In this document: positions 48,741 to 59,369 of the stretch, one piece after another
How the letters are laid out: every line of letters starts with the position of its first letter
Numbering within the stretch: position 1 is the first letter of the stretch
DNA from: Planctomycetota bacterium
GTDB lineage: Bacteria > Planctomycetota > Planctomycetia > JALXBF01
DNA length: 64,000 nt
NCBI GenBank assembly: GCA_026991575.1
Contig: JALXBF010000036.1
Coordinates: 1 to 64,000 of the forward strand
Reading direction: 5' to 3'
Notes under the pieces: generated by a model
Seen by the model: only the letters and a program-made list of their open reading frames with translations
What the model was told of the DNA's origin: nothing
Databases searched by the model: none
Translations under genes and position numbers: made by a program

Positions 48741-50720
48741 ATGCAGTTTCTCAATGCGCTGGCCACGTGGCAATGGTTCGTCCTGGCGGCCGTGCCGATC
48801 GGCATCGTCCTGTTGTATTTCCTGAAGCTGAAGCGTGATCCGGAAATCGTCTCCAGCACGCTACTGTGGCGGCGCACACTAGAGGACCTCCACGTCAACC
48901 GGCCCTTCCGCTGGCTGCGGCTCAACGTGCTGCTTATCCTGCAACTGCTGCTCATCGGCCTGCTGGCGCTGGCCTGCCTTCGGCCGGCGATCAGCCGCGT
49001 GGCCGAGGGAACCAGGCACTTCGTGATCCTGATCGACAACTCGGCTAGCATGGCAGCCCGCGACGTGCCCCCGTCACGGCTGGAGGCTGCCAAGAAAGCG
49101 GCTATCCGCGAAGTGATCGACGGGCTGATGGACGCCGACGATCAGGCGATGGTCATCACTTTCAACGAACGAGCCCAGGTTGTTGCCTCCTACACGTCGG
49201 ACAAGAAAGCTCTGCGTCGCAAGATCCGGGCCATCACCCAGTCTCACCGGAGGACCGACCTGCGCGAAGCGCTACGGATTGCCGTTGCCTTGGCCAACCC
49301 GGAAACCGTTCAGACCGACGACCTCGTGTTGGACGAAAGCGGCCGGCCGATTGCGGCCGTCAAGCCTGTGCCCGCTGCGGCGGTGCTCTACAGTGACGGA
49401 GGCTTCCCCGACCTGCCGGACGCGCTGCTTGGAAACCTGGAACTAGCCTTCCGTCCAATCGGTACCGACACGGCGAACACGGCCATCACCACGCTTTCGG
49501 TCCGAGAGATCGAAGGCGATCCGGAGACGGTTCAGGTGTTTGCCGAGCTGAGCCATTTCGGGAGCGCGCCGGTGACCGTCCCGGTGCGCCTGTTCTGGAA
49601 CAACACGATGATCGCCGCACAACAGATCCGCTTCACCGAACCAGGCCAGCAGACCGTGGCATTCCGCGTGCGCGCCCAGCCGGGTCTGGTTCGATTAGAA
49701 CTGGCCACGAACGACAGCCTTCCGCTGGACAACCATGCAGCAGCAGTTCTGAGCGAGCCGCGTAAAGCTCAGGTACTGCTGGTCACGGCGGGCAACCGGT
49801 GGCTGGAGCGGGCCCTGAGCACCGAGGAGGTAACCAGAATCGCGGAGGTGCGCAAGGCGGAGCCGGCTGAGCTGAGAACGTCCGCTCTGAGGACGCAACT
49901 GGCCACAGGTCAGTTCGACCTGGTCATCTGTGACCGCACGGCACCGCCGGAACTGCCCGAAGCGAACACGTTGCTTTTTGGCGCGGTTCCGCCCGACTTG
50001 CAGGACACGCCAGGCCAGGAGGTTGCCTGGCCCAGAATCATCGACAGCGACGCCACGCATCCGCTACTGCGGTATGTGAATCTCACTCCGCTGAGGATCG
50101 CGCACGCAACGGTGGTCAAGCCCCCTCCCGGGGCCAACGTCCTTGCCAGCGCCGCAGCGGGACCACTCATCTGGCTCCGCCCGCGCGGCTTCTACGTCGA
50201 CTGCGTGGTCAGCTTCCCGCTGCTGGATGACAACGGCCGTCCTGTAACAGATTGGCCGATTCGGATCAGCTTCCCGATCTTCCTCATGAACACGCTGCGT
50301 CTGCTCGGGAGGGCCCAGATCTCGGTTGCTCGCGAGCCGATCAGACCGGGCACGCCGATCGAATTGCCCGCCTCGCGGGTGGGTGCTTCGGCGAACCGTC
50401 TGCTGGTGCGTACCCCCGATGGCACCAGCCAGCCGCTGACACGGCTCGGTGACCGGTGGGTCTTTGCCCGCACGGACCGTGTCGGGCTGTACCGGGTGAT
50501 GGCCGGCAGTGAGGAGCTGGTGGCGGTTCCCGTTGCGTTACAGGATCGCCGGGAAAGCGATGTGACGGTGCGCTCCGGCACGCGAATCGGCGCGCGTGAG
50601 ATCCGGGCAAGCGAACGGCCAATGACCGTACGCCGCGACCTGTGGCCGTTGCTGGCAGCCGCCGCCCTGGCCGTCTGCCTGGTGGAGTGGTACATCTACA
50701 ATCGGCGCATCGCCCTTTAG
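48741..50720 (+). CDS. BatA/WFA N-terminal plus VWA domain membrane protein
   Basis: VPIGIVLLYFLKLKR...SSTLLW; IDNSASM; LYSDG; C-terminal TM helix ending LVEW. Confidence 0.9.
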   Translation: MQFLNALATWQWFVLAAVPIGIVLLYFLKLKRDPEIVSSTLLWRRTLEDLHVNRPFRWLRLNVLLILQLLLIGLLALACLRPAISRVAEGTRHFVILIDNSASMAARDVPPSRLEAAKKAAIREVIDGLMDADDQAMVITFNERAQVVASYTSDKKALRRKIRAITQSHRRTDLREALRIAVALANPETVQTDDLVLDESGRPIAAVKPVPAAAVLYSDGGFPDLPDALLGNLELAFRPIGTDTANTAITTLSVREIEGDPETVQVFAELSHFGSAPVTVPVRLFWNNTMIAAQQIRFTEPGQQTVAFRVRAQPGLVRLELATNDSLPLDNHAAAVLSEPRKAQVLLVTAGNRWLERALSTEEVTRIAEVRKAEPAELRTSALRTQLATGQFDLVICDRTAPPELPEANTLLFGAVPPDLQDTPGQEVAWPRIIDSDATHPLLRYVNLTPLRIAHATVVKPPPGANVLASAAAGPLIWLRPRGFYVDCVVSFPLLDDNGRPVTDWPIRISFPIFLMNTLRLLGRAQISVAREPIRPGTPIELPASRVGASANRLLVRTPDGTSQPLTRLGDRWVFARTDRVGLYRVMAGSEELVAVPVALQDRRESDVTVRSGTRIGAREIRASERPMTVRRDLWPLLAAAALAVCLVEWYIYNRRIAL

Positions 50721-50828
50721 TGCGCCGCCCCCCCCTCGATATCCCGCTTGATCTGACACCGTAGACTACCACGTAGGGCCGGGAAGGTCCGGCAAGGCAG
50801 GACAGCAACCAAAGCCAGGGCGGACGCT

Positions 50829-52598
50829 ATGTTCCGACTGAAACGCACGCACACGTGTGGAGAGCTTCGGGCCGAGCATGTGGGGCAGACCGTTCGGCTG
50901 AACGGCTGGGTCGACACGTGGCGGGATCACGGCGGTCTGCTGTTCGTCGACCTCCGTGACCGCTACGGCAAGACACAACTCGTATTCGATCCAGCCGTCG
51001 ACCGCGCCATGTTTGAAGCAGCCAAGGGGCTCCGTGCCGAGTATGTCATTGCGGTCGAGGGTGAGGTGGCTCGGCGGCCGGAGGGCACCGAGAACCCGAA
51101 GCTGGCGACCGGCGAGGTCGAACTACGGGTCCGAAGGCTCGAGATCCTCAACCGCAGCGCGACGCCGCCGTTCGAAATCGAGTCGCGTGAAGCTCCGTCC
51201 GAAGAGGTACGCCTTCGCTACCGCTACCTTGACCTGCGCCGTGCACCGCTGCAGCGAGCCATGTTGCTGCGGCACCGACTTTGTACCGTGATCCGGAACT
51301 ATTTGAACCGGCTCGACTTCGTAGAAATCGAAACGCCGATCCTGGCCAAGAGCACCCCCGAGGGGGCGCGTGACTTTCTGGTGCCTTCGCGGCTGCAACC
51401 GGGCCACTTCTACGCCCTGCCGCAGTCGCCACAGCTGTTCAAGCAACTGCTCATGATCGCCGGCTATGACCGCTACTACCAGATCGCCCGCTGCTTCCGG
51501 GACGAAGACCTGCGTGCTAACCGGCAGCCGGAGTTCACGCAGCTTGACCTGGAGATGTCGTTTGTCACGCGTGACGATGTGCTAGAGGTGATCGAAGGGT
51601 TATGTGCCGAAGTGATGCGGGAGTTGAAGGGAATCGAGCTTTCGCTGCCGCTCCGGCGATTGTCGTACGAAGAGGCGATCACGCGCTACGGCAGCGACGC
51701 TCCGGACTTGCGCTACGAGATGACCATCACGGACATCACCGACCTGGCTGCCGAAAGCGACTTCCAGGTGTTTCGGCGGGTGGTCGACGGTGGCGGTGTC
51801 GTGCGCGGGCTCTGCGCACCGGGGGCCGCTGGGCGGTACTCCCGAAAGCTGCTCGATGAGCTGACCGCATGGGTCGGTCAGTTCGGCGCGCGTGGCCTGG
51901 CATGGTTCCGGGTGGATGAGGAGGGGCTGAACAGTCCGATTGCCAAGAACTTTGCCCCGGCCCTGCAACGGCGTATCCGCGAACGGATGGCCGCCGCGGT
52001 CGGCGATCTGCTGCTGTTCGTGGCCGACAAACCGGAAGTCGTTGCCGAGGCGCTGGGCGCGTTGCGCACGCGACTGGCCGGCGAGCTGTCGCTGTACTCG
52101 GAAGACAGCTACAGCTTCTGCTGGGTCCTGGATTTTCCGATGTTCGAGTGGGACGAGGACGAGCGCCGTTGGACAGCCACGCATCACCCGTTCACGATGC
52201 CGCATGAGGAGGACCTGGACCGGCTTGAGAGCGACCCGGGCAATGTTCGTGCGTACGCATACGATCTGGTAATCAACGGCGAAGAAGCCGGTGGTGGCAC
52301 GATTCGATGTCACGACCCAGAGATCCAGCGGAGGATCTTCCGCGTGCTTTCGCTCAGCGAGGAGGACATCGAGCAGAAGTTTGGCTTCTTCGTTAACGCA
52401 TTGCGGTACGGCACGCCCCCGCATGGTGGTATCGCGTTGGGGCTGGATCGCTGGGTGATGTTGCTGGGCAATTACCAGAGCATTCGCGACGTGATCGCGT
52501 TTCCGAAGACGCAACGAGCTGCGGACCTGATGCTCGGCGCGCCGTCTCCCGTGGAGGAGCGACAGCTGCGTGAGCTGCATATTCGGGTGGTTCCCTGA
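50829..52598 (+). CDS. aspS: Aspartate--tRNA ligase
   Basis: RTHTCGELR; RDHGGL; STPEGARDFLVPSR; ALPQSPQLFKQ; CFRDEDLRANRQPEFTQ; PPHGGIALGLDR; VIAFPKT. Confidence 0.98.
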   Translation: MFRLKRTHTCGELRAEHVGQTVRLNGWVDTWRDHGGLLFVDLRDRYGKTQLVFDPAVDRAMFEAAKGLRAEYVIAVEGEVARRPEGTENPKLATGEVELRVRRLEILNRSATPPFEIESREAPSEEVRLRYRYLDLRRAPLQRAMLLRHRLCTVIRNYLNRLDFVEIETPILAKSTPEGARDFLVPSRLQPGHFYALPQSPQLFKQLLMIAGYDRYYQIARCFRDEDLRANRQPEFTQLDLEMSFVTRDDVLEVIEGLCAEVMRELKGIELSLPLRRLSYEEAITRYGSDAPDLRYEMTITDITDLAAESDFQVFRRVVDGGGVVRGLCAPGAAGRYSRKLLDELTAWVGQFGARGLAWFRVDEEGLNSPIAKNFAPALQRRIRERMAAAVGDLLLFVADKPEVVAEALGALRTRLAGELSLYSEDSYSFCWVLDFPMFEWDEDERRWTATHHPFTMPHEEDLDRLESDPGNVRAYAYDLVINGEEAGGGTIRCHDPEIQRRIFRVLSLSEEDIEQKFGFFVNALRYGTPPHGGIALGLDRWVMLLGNYQSIRDVIAFPKTQRAADLMLGAPSPVEERQLRELHIRVVP

Positions 52599-52649
52599 CG
52601 GCAGCAGTTTGCTGGCCCCGTGGCACAACGGCGCTCCGGTCGGACAGGA

Positions 52650-52693
52650 GCTTGCCGGCGCGGCCCTGCAGGCTCACCGACGCGCCGGCAAGC
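52650..52693. terminator. Hairpin between convergent aspS and the DUF11 gene
   Basis: 13-bp stem gcttgccggcgcg / cgcgccggcaagc with an 18-nt loop; no U tract. Confidence 0.45.
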
Positions 52694-52708
52694 CGGTGGT
52701 TCCAGGGC

Positions 52709-54976
52709 TCAGCCGTTGCCGTTCTCGGGTTGGATCACCTGGGTTGGTTCCTGCTCCTCAACGGGCCCGGTCAACACCGGTTCATCGGCCTCCAACACGA
52801 TGCGCAACACCTTCGTGCCCGGCGTCACCGCGCGAACTCGGATCCGGTAGGTCAGCGACATCTGCGGTTCGAGATCGTTGACAGGGGCAAACTGCACCCG
52901 CCGCCCGTCGGGGCTGGCCTGACTCTGCGACGGCCCCTGAGCGTCCACCAGCTCCACGCCCTCCGGCAGGAACACTGTGATACGCACTCCGTTGGCCGCT
53001 GCATTGCCCTGGTTGGTTACGCGGATCTGATACTCGCCCTGTTCCCCGAGCGGCAGCGGATCGCGCAGGTCGACCGCTTCCAGCAGCAATCCGGCAATGC
53101 CGCGCACTTCGAGCAGATGCCGATCTTCGACCCGGATGCCGTACGCAGCGGTGGCCACGGCCACATTCTCAATGCGTGCTCCCTCTTGCCGGGCGATGAA
53201 CCGCGCCACAAGCTGACGAGTCTGACCCGGAGCTAGCGTGCCGAGCTGCCAGACGACTCGGTTTCCGTCAAGACGACCGCCCTGAGTCGCTTCCTGGAAG
53301 CGAAGTTCTGGTGGCACGAGATCGCTGACCACCACGTCCGGTATTGGAATCTGCGTGGGGTTCTGCACCACGATGGTGTACTCAACCGGCCGGTTCAGGT
53401 ACCGCAGCGACGGCCCGGTCTTGTCGATCTGAAGCGTGGGCTGCACGAACGTTGTCTGCGTCTGTGCACTTGCCTGCACACCTCCGTCGGCCGTGACGAC
53501 CACTCGGTTAACGTGTGTTCCCGGAGCGGTGCCCACCAGGTCGATCGAGATCTGCTTGGTTTCGCCGGGCGCCACAGTGCCCAACTCGGCCTCGACCGTC
53601 TGCGAGCCTGACTCATGTGCCAGCCCCTCTCCGATTTCATCCGTGACGACCACGCCGGTCAGCGGGGTCGGGTTTGGGTTGGTGACGGTGATCGTGTAGG
53701 TCACAGTCTGGCCGACCGCGGCGAGCTCCGGCCCGATCTTGGACACTTGGATTTGCGGTGAGGATACTTCCGTCGAGACGCACGACTCATCCTGCACCCT
53801 GCCGCCCAACAGTACCTGGGCGCAGTTGTCGTAACGGCCAGGACGAGTCGCTCGCAGCACGACGCTCAGCGCGCTGGAGCCCCCGGCTGCCAGGCTACCC
53901 AGTGACCAGCGTACCCGATCCCCCTCGACCGCGCCCGGCGGGTCCGAGCGCACGAACTGCATGCCTGGTGGCAAGAGGTCGACGACCTCCAATTGGTCGG
54001 CGTCAGCGTCGCCTTCGTTGATCACGGTGATCGTGTACTCCACGTCCGCTCCGACCATCGCGTGGGCCGGCCCGCGTTTCTCGATCTTTACCGCCGGTGC
54101 CACCCACGTCTTGGCCGTCTCCCCGGTTGCGATCACCGCTCCGTCCCGTGGCCGAATGATCTCGATGCCAATCCGGTTCGTGCCCGGCCGCGGCTCGCTC
54201 TGAGCCAACGTCACACTGGCCACGCCGTTGGCATCCGTGTGCACTTCCGCCGGGGTGGTGAACGTCGCAGGGGGACCGTCCAGGATGCGGTACCGCACCA
54301 GGTAGTTGGCAACCGGTTTGCCGGTGGAGATGCTGCGCAGCCTCGTCGTGAAGGTATGCTGGGTGCCCACCGGGTTGACCGCCGGCTCTGGAAACTCCCA
54401 CTGCACGTCCACCCAGTGCTTGACTGCGTATGCCTTGTGGCTTTGCCAGTTGTAGATGGCCGGCACGTAGGCAATGACATGGGTGTCACCCTCGATGGGT
54501 GACGTGATCACGCACCAGGTCTGGCCCGGTCCGATGCAGATGTCGTCGGCCGGATCCGGCGTACCTCGCGTGATGCGCTGGGGGAAATGGGCCGTATAGG
54601 AGACCGCGTAGTAATTGTCCACCTTGTGGCCACGACTGGGCAGGACACCGCTTTCATCCACCTCAACGATCTCCCCCACGCCGCCACGTGCCAACATCCA
54701 TTCCACCCGCACCCCGGGCAGCGGGCACCCGCTGCCGTCCAGCACCGTCGCGATCAGGACATGCTGCGTGCGGACCGGATTGGTGGCTTCGACCGGCGTG
54801 AGGATAATCTGGCAAGCTCGGGGGTCGAAATTCCGATGATACAAAAGGCCCGGCGGTTTCGGGTGGGTGCGCACGATGGGATCGTAGAGCTGCGAGGTGC
54901 AGCCGAAGGTCAGCAGGACGGGCAACAGGGCCACGATCCATGCGGCAACTTGGAGGTGCGTGCCGACGCGCCTCAT
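52709..54976 (-). CDS. DUF11-repeat lipoprotein (OmcB-like C-terminal repeats)
   Basis: Lipobox-like LLTFGC; repeats KRGP...VEYTITVIN, KIGP...VTYTITVTN, KTGP...VEYTIVVQN, and D..DPL..GE..EYQIRVTNQG. Confidence 0.88.
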   Translation of the reverse strand: MRRVGTHLQVAAWIVALLPVLLTFGCTSQLYDPIVRTHPKPPGLLYHRNFDPRACQIILTPVEATNPVRTQHVLIATVLDGSGCPLPGVRVEWMLARGGVGEIVEVDESGVLPSRGHKVDNYYAVSYTAHFPQRITRGTPDPADDICIGPGQTWCVITSPIEGDTHVIAYVPAIYNWQSHKAYAVKHWVDVQWEFPEPAVNPVGTQHTFTTRLRSISTGKPVANYLVRYRILDGPPATFTTPAEVHTDANGVASVTLAQSEPRPGTNRIGIEIIRPRDGAVIATGETAKTWVAPAVKIEKRGPAHAMVGADVEYTITVINEGDADADQLEVVDLLPPGMQFVRSDPPGAVEGDRVRWSLGSLAAGGSSALSVVLRATRPGRYDNCAQVLLGGRVQDESCVSTEVSSPQIQVSKIGPELAAVGQTVTYTITVTNPNPTPLTGVVVTDEIGEGLAHESGSQTVEAELGTVAPGETKQISIDLVGTAPGTHVNRVVVTADGGVQASAQTQTTFVQPTLQIDKTGPSLRYLNRPVEYTIVVQNPTQIPIPDVVVSDLVPPELRFQEATQGGRLDGNRVVWQLGTLAPGQTRQLVARFIARQEGARIENVAVATAAYGIRVEDRHLLEVRGIAGLLLEAVDLRDPLPLGEQGEYQIRVTNQGNAAANGVRITVFLPEGVELVDAQGPSQSQASPDGRRVQFAPVNDLEPQMSLTYRIRVRAVTPGTKVLRIVLEADEPVLTGPVEEQEPTQVIQPENGNG

Positions 54977-55120
54977 AGTGCAACGCTCCATATCGCACTC
55001 GGTAAGCAGACCGGTCGACTGCCGTCGCGGTAACGCTAGACCGCACCAGACGACCGTAACGGGACCAACGGCTGTCGCAGCCCCCGGTGCACAGACTCGC
55101 TTCGACGCTGCCCGGCTGGG

Positions 55121-55149
55121 TGTATAGCCGTTCCGCCGCGATAGGGCAA
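55121..55149 (-). promoter_or_regulatory. Putative sigma70 promoter of the DUF11 gene
   Basis: Minus strand TTGCCC (55149-55144), N17, TATACA (55126-55121). Confidence 0.4.
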
Positions 55150-55268
55150 GCCCACCCGGATAGGTTAGCCAGGAAAGGTAGGTAAACCGGATCCGTTCAC
55201 CGGCACATCGTCGCTGACCGCGGACACCGCCCGCCGGACCGCAGCCTTCCGTCGTCGCATCAGTCTGG

Positions 55269-55955
55269 TCAAGCCTCGACGTGGCTCGTCAACCAGCTCT
55301 TCGCCTTCCGGACCCACTGGCGCTGCCGCTCCCTCTGAAAGGCCGGCCCAGACTCAACCGCCGCAATCATCTCACGCAATAGTGCCGCTGCCCTGGCCCG
55401 CTCACCGCCCCGTTCCAGCAGCATGGCGAACCGATAGGTGGCCTCCGGGTGGTTGGGGTAGTACCGCAGGAACCGCTCGTAAGCCTCCAGCGCAGCGGCC
55501 CGGTCACCGGCCTCCTCCAGCGAGCGCGCATACAGAAAGAACGCCTCCCCGTACGCATGGGTCGGCCGCTGCTTGATGACCTCCTCCAGCTGCCGCCCTG
55601 CCGCCTCGTAGCGACGCTGCAGGAAGTAGCAGCGGCCCAGGTGGAAGCGGGTCTCCAGTGAGTGCGGATCCCGCTCCAGGGCCTGTTCCAGCCAGCGACA
55701 GGCTTCATCGTAGGAACCGGCCTCCAGCAGTGCCGCACCGAGCTGCATCATGTGATAGGGCGTGCCCAGCCGATCGACCGCGGCACGCAGCTCGGCAATC
55801 TGGCTGCTCAGAATCTGCTTCACCTTCCGCCTCTGCCCCATGGCCACCTTCAGCGGGTACAGCAGGAACGGTGCGATGAACAGGCCCACCATGATGGCCA
55901 CGGCGAGCACCTCTAGCGCCAGCCGCATTGTGACGGTCCCTTCGTGCAGAGGCAT
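55269..55955 (-). CDS. Membrane-anchored tetratricopeptide repeat protein
   Basis: N-terminal TM helix; about four TPRs (LGAALL..G.YDEA..WLEQAL..DP). Confidence 0.85.
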   Translation of the reverse strand: MPLHEGTVTMRLALEVLAVAIMVGLFIAPFLLYPLKVAMGQRRKVKQILSSQIAELRAAVDRLGTPYHMMQLGAALLEAGSYDEACRWLEQALERDPHSLETRFHLGRCYFLQRRYEAAGRQLEEVIKQRPTHAYGEAFFLYARSLEEAGDRAAALEAYERFLRYYPNHPEATYRFAMLLERGGERARAAALLREMIAAVESGPAFQRERQRQWVRKAKSWLTSHVEA

Positions 55956-55967
55956 GGCTTAGTGAAC

Positions 55968-57134
55968 TCACCGCGCAAGGAGTCGGTCGCGTACCGAGCG
56001 AGGCTTTCGCTGCTGCCGTGCGATGGCTTTCATGTATTTCACCAGCTCTGCGTCGACCGCTTCAATCGGCCCGAAAAACTGCTCGAACTCCCGCACGCGC
56101 TCCTCAGGCGACCCCTGCCACAGGTACGGTTTCTTGCCCAAGTGCTGCAGATACTCGAAGTAGCGGCGGGCCTGCGTGCGGACCAGATAGTAGGTCAACG
56201 CCCATGATTCGGCGTAGGCGGCCACGGCCTGGTCAAGCTGCCGGATCCGATCGTCGCTGGCGATGAGCTGGCGGAGCGAATCCTGCGGCCGTCCCTCTTG
56301 AACGTAGCTCAGGAACTGCTCCAGTCGGTTGTGGTTCACGGCTCCGACACCTCCCCAGCGACCAGTTGTGCCTGCTGGCACCTCGAAGAACATCGCCATC
56401 CCCTCCACCAGCCATAGCGGTGGGTCGGAGAACCGCTTCAGGAACCCAAGGTTGAAGGCAAGCTGATGGACGCCCTCGTGGGCAATGGTCGAGACATTCT
56501 CCGGGCTCAGCCGACCGCGGGTGTACCGACCCGGCGGCAACACCTGGTGCAAGGCCAGCCGGTTGGTCTCCAGTGAGTAGTAGCCATTGATCCGCGGATC
56601 GACCACCTCCAGCTCGCGGGCCGCGTAGTCGGCAAACTCATCGCGCGTGCGGAACAGAACTGCAACTAGCGGGAATCGGGCTCGCTGGATCGTAAAGCCG
56701 CGTAGCCGGTAGTAGCGCGTGAACGCTGCGTAAAGCCGTTCAAGCATCGTGGCTGTCGCCTGGGCGTACGTCCGCTCCGTGTTGTAGACGACCAGGTAGT
56801 GCCGCGACTGGAGCACCTGGAACGTCGGTCCGAATTCCGCTTCGAGCCGCGGGGCCAGCTCCGCGGGGGTCAACGGCCTCAGCGGTCGGTCGTCGATCTG
56901 AACCTGCCGGACCTGGTCGCTGGCCAAGAGGTGCATCTGGCCATCAGGCGTGACCAACAGTAGCTCATCAGCCGTCTGCGCAAGCACCTTGCCGCAGAGC
57001 TCCGCCAGCTGACCGCTCTCGCCACGCACAGACACCACATCGGCACGCAGGTCCACCCCCCTGCCGACGACACCCAGAGCTGGCGCGGCAAGCAGCAGAA
57101 GCAATGGCAGCAACGATTGTGGCTTGATACGCAT
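55968..57134 (-). CDS. DUF1570 domain protein (HExxH peptidase-like), secreted
   Basis: Signal peptide from MRIKPQ; GYYSLETNR; TIAHEGVHQLAFNLG; PLWLVEGMAMFFE; YAESWALTYYL. Confidence 0.85.
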   Translation of the reverse strand: MRIKPQSLLPLLLLLAAPALGVVGRGVDLRADVVSVRGESGQLAELCGKVLAQTADELLLVTPDGQMHLLASDQVRQVQIDDRPLRPLTPAELAPRLEAEFGPTFQVLQSRHYLVVYNTERTYAQATATMLERLYAAFTRYYRLRGFTIQRARFPLVAVLFRTRDEFADYAARELEVVDPRINGYYSLETNRLALHQVLPPGRYTRGRLSPENVSTIAHEGVHQLAFNLGFLKRFSDPPLWLVEGMAMFFEVPAGTTGRWGGVGAVNHNRLEQFLSYVQEGRPQDSLRQLIASDDRIRQLDQAVAAYAESWALTYYLVRTQARRYFEYLQHLGKKPYLWQGSPEERVREFEQFFGPIEAVDAELVKYMKAIARQQRKPRSVRDRLLAR

Positions 57135-57166
57135 GGAACGGACCTGGATAAGCCCGCCTAGCCCGA

Positions 57167-58348
57167 TCATTCGCCCGTATTGTATGACGCCGCAGCAGGA
57201 GCAGCCGACGGCCGTCGGCGACCGGGCGGCGGCAGCGCCTGCTGATGCCGCTGGCCCAACCGCTCGCCCCCCATGACCGGCACACGGTCCAGCTGGCTGC
57301 CGACCCATTGCAGTAGGTTGTACACAACGCTGGCCATGAAGCTTTCCACATGTGTCCCATCCGGATACGCAACCGCCTCGACCTTCACGCCCATGCGACT
57401 GGCCACATACAGAAACGACTCGATCTGGGCATCCAGGTTCATTTCGTCGCACCGTCCGTAGGCGACAAACAGCCGGTTGTGCCTTAAGTCCGGCCGGCGA
57501 CGCACCAAGATGTCGAGCGGATTCTCCTGAATGATCCGCCGCACGGCCGCCCGGCCGCGGCCCCAGACCGGGTAGATCACCCACCAGGCCCGCACCTTGA
57601 CCAACCCATGCCAGTATCGGCCGACGACGTCCAGGCCGGTGAAGTGATCACGCATGTGCCAGCAGTTCGGGTCAAAGTCGCCGAAGTAATTGCCGGTGCA
57701 GTCGACGTAGCGCAGGTTCAAGGGGGGTGAGACGGCTGCTACGATCCGGAACCGGTCCGGGTACTTGAGCACCATGTTGTACGCGCCAAAGCCCCCCATG
57801 GACCAGCCAGCCAAGATACGACGGGACGGGTCGCGGGTAACGGAGAAGTTCCGTTCCATGAAGCGGATAACATCTTCCAGTACGTACGTCTGGAACCGAC
57901 CGCGGCGTGAATCGATCCACCAGCTGCCCACGCCCACGTAGTAGAAGTCGCCGGAGATGCTGCCATCGGGGATGGCCGCGACCAGCGGCGGCAGGTCGCC
58001 GCGTCGGATTGCTTCGTCCAGCGCCGGCAACACGGTGTAGAGCGATTGTCGCTCATCGGCCATGTAACCGTGCAGCCAGATCAGCAGCGGGTAGCGTTTG
58101 CGGCGGTCGTAGCCGGGTGGCAAGTAGACGTACATGTCGCGCTTTTCGCCCAGAGCGGACGAGTAGAACCGGCGATCGGCGCCATGGTTGCGTGTCAGAT
58201 CGACCAGGGAACCGCCGAGCACCGGCACCGCAACCCCCCCGGCCAGGCAGGTGCTAGCCAGCCATGGGGACAGCGGCACCAGCAGAAGAAGGAGCAGCGG
58301 CAGCAGAGCGGACAGCCTCCACACCGGTGCGCGCCACAGTCGACTCAT
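57167..58348 (-). CDS. Secreted alpha/beta-hydrolase (esterase family)
   Basis: Signal peptide; VYLPPGY...YPLLIWLHG; nucleophile motif GWSMGG; C-terminal GTH. Confidence 0.88.
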   Translation of the reverse strand: MSRLWRAPVWRLSALLPLLLLLLVPLSPWLASTCLAGGVAVPVLGGSLVDLTRNHGADRRFYSSALGEKRDMYVYLPPGYDRRKRYPLLIWLHGYMADERQSLYTVLPALDEAIRRGDLPPLVAAIPDGSISGDFYYVGVGSWWIDSRRGRFQTYVLEDVIRFMERNFSVTRDPSRRILAGWSMGGFGAYNMVLKYPDRFRIVAAVSPPLNLRYVDCTGNYFGDFDPNCWHMRDHFTGLDVVGRYWHGLVKVRAWWVIYPVWGRGRAAVRRIIQENPLDILVRRRPDLRHNRLFVAYGRCDEMNLDAQIESFLYVASRMGVKVEAVAYPDGTHVESFMASVVYNLLQWVGSQLDRVPVMGGERLGQRHQQALPPPGRRRPSAAPAAASYNTGE

Positions 58349-58604
58349 GCCGGCCCTCATCTCACAGGTGCGTCCATACTGGGCGAAGGAAGCGGGTGCT
58401 GGGGCAAGGGAGCGGTTCTGATGCGACGTTCCCGGCAGGCACCGCCGCGCCGCCTCCGCCGGCACCGACCGCAGCCTCCGGTCCACGCCCTGCCTCGGCA
58501 ACAGATCCGCCTTGCCTTCTTTCGGCAGCAAGGCCGACGGGCCGCAACCGGAATCTGGTGAATCGGGAACGGTTTTGCGGGCTAGGATGGCTGGGAAAGA
58601 TCCG

Positions 58605-59369
58605 CTACAGAGCGCGCAGACGGATCCTGCGGAACTGCACTGTCATCGGCTTGCCCTGATGGAGCTGCAGTCCCAGGAGCCCGCTTCTGGCAGCGTGCAC
58701 GCGGTCACGGTCCTCAACCTCGACCATCGTCGTGCCGTTGATGATGTGCTTCAAGCGGTTACCGCGGGCCACGATTCGATAGCGGTTCCATTTGGTCGGG
58801 TCCAGGTTGGCCACGAGCTCTTTCGGGTCGCCCAGACTGCCAATCACCCGGCGTCGGAACGAGCGTCGGCCTCGACGAGGCTGCAAGAGCGGCTCTATGA
58901 TCACCTTCTGGCCCCGCAGCGCCAGGATGCCGCGGCCTCGTTCTTCGTACAGGATGCCGATGTACTGTTTGCTCAAGTCGATATCGGCCTGATAGCCGCC
59001 CAGCACCCAGCGGCCAACCTCGGGCAGCTCACGGCTACGGTACTGGATACCGGAATTCGCCCATCCTTGCTCCCCCTCCACCCGGAACTCAAGCTCCAGC
59101 TCGAAGTCGCCAACCTGGCCACCGCGCCAGATGATGAACGTGTTCCGTCGAAGCGGCCGCTCAGCAGTGGTCCGGCCTGTGATGGCACCGGCTTGAACGG
59201 ACCAGTAGTTCGGGTCACCGTCCCAACCCCGTAGCGTCTTCCCATCGAACAGCTCCCGCCAGCCGTTCTCGGCCTCGGCAGCCCCCGACACGAACACCGC
59301 CAGGGTGGCCATGAGCACACCAATCCCGGCTACCGCCACAGACGGACACCAGCTCAAAGAGCGCACCAT
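58605..59369 (-). CDS. DUF1080 (3-keto-disaccharide hydrolase family) protein
   Basis: Signal peptide; LFDGKTLRGW; NSGIQYRS; GYQADI; WNRYRI; GLQLH; FRRIRLR. Confidence 0.9.
   Translation of the reverse strand: MVRSLSWCPSVAVAGIGVLMATLAVFVSGAAEAENGWRELFDGKTLRGWDGDPNYWSVQAGAITGRTTAERPLRRNTFIIWRGGQVGDFELELEFRVEGEQGWANSGIQYRSRELPEVGRWVLGGYQADIDLSKQYIGILYEERGRGILALRGQKVIIEPLLQPRRGRRSFRRRVIGSLGDPKELVANLDPTKWNRYRIVARGNRLKHIINGTTMVEVEDRDRVHAARSGLLGLQLHQGKPMTVQFRRIRLRAL

Noticed and set aside
52599..52708. Possible 6S RNA downstream of aspS, by analogy with Bacillus
   Set aside because: Only 110 nt are available and they contain a single hairpin, too short for a 6S fold.
57135..57584. Long N-terminal extension of the DUF1570 ORF
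   Set aside because: It overlaps the esterase gene in another frame; the signal peptide starts at 57134.
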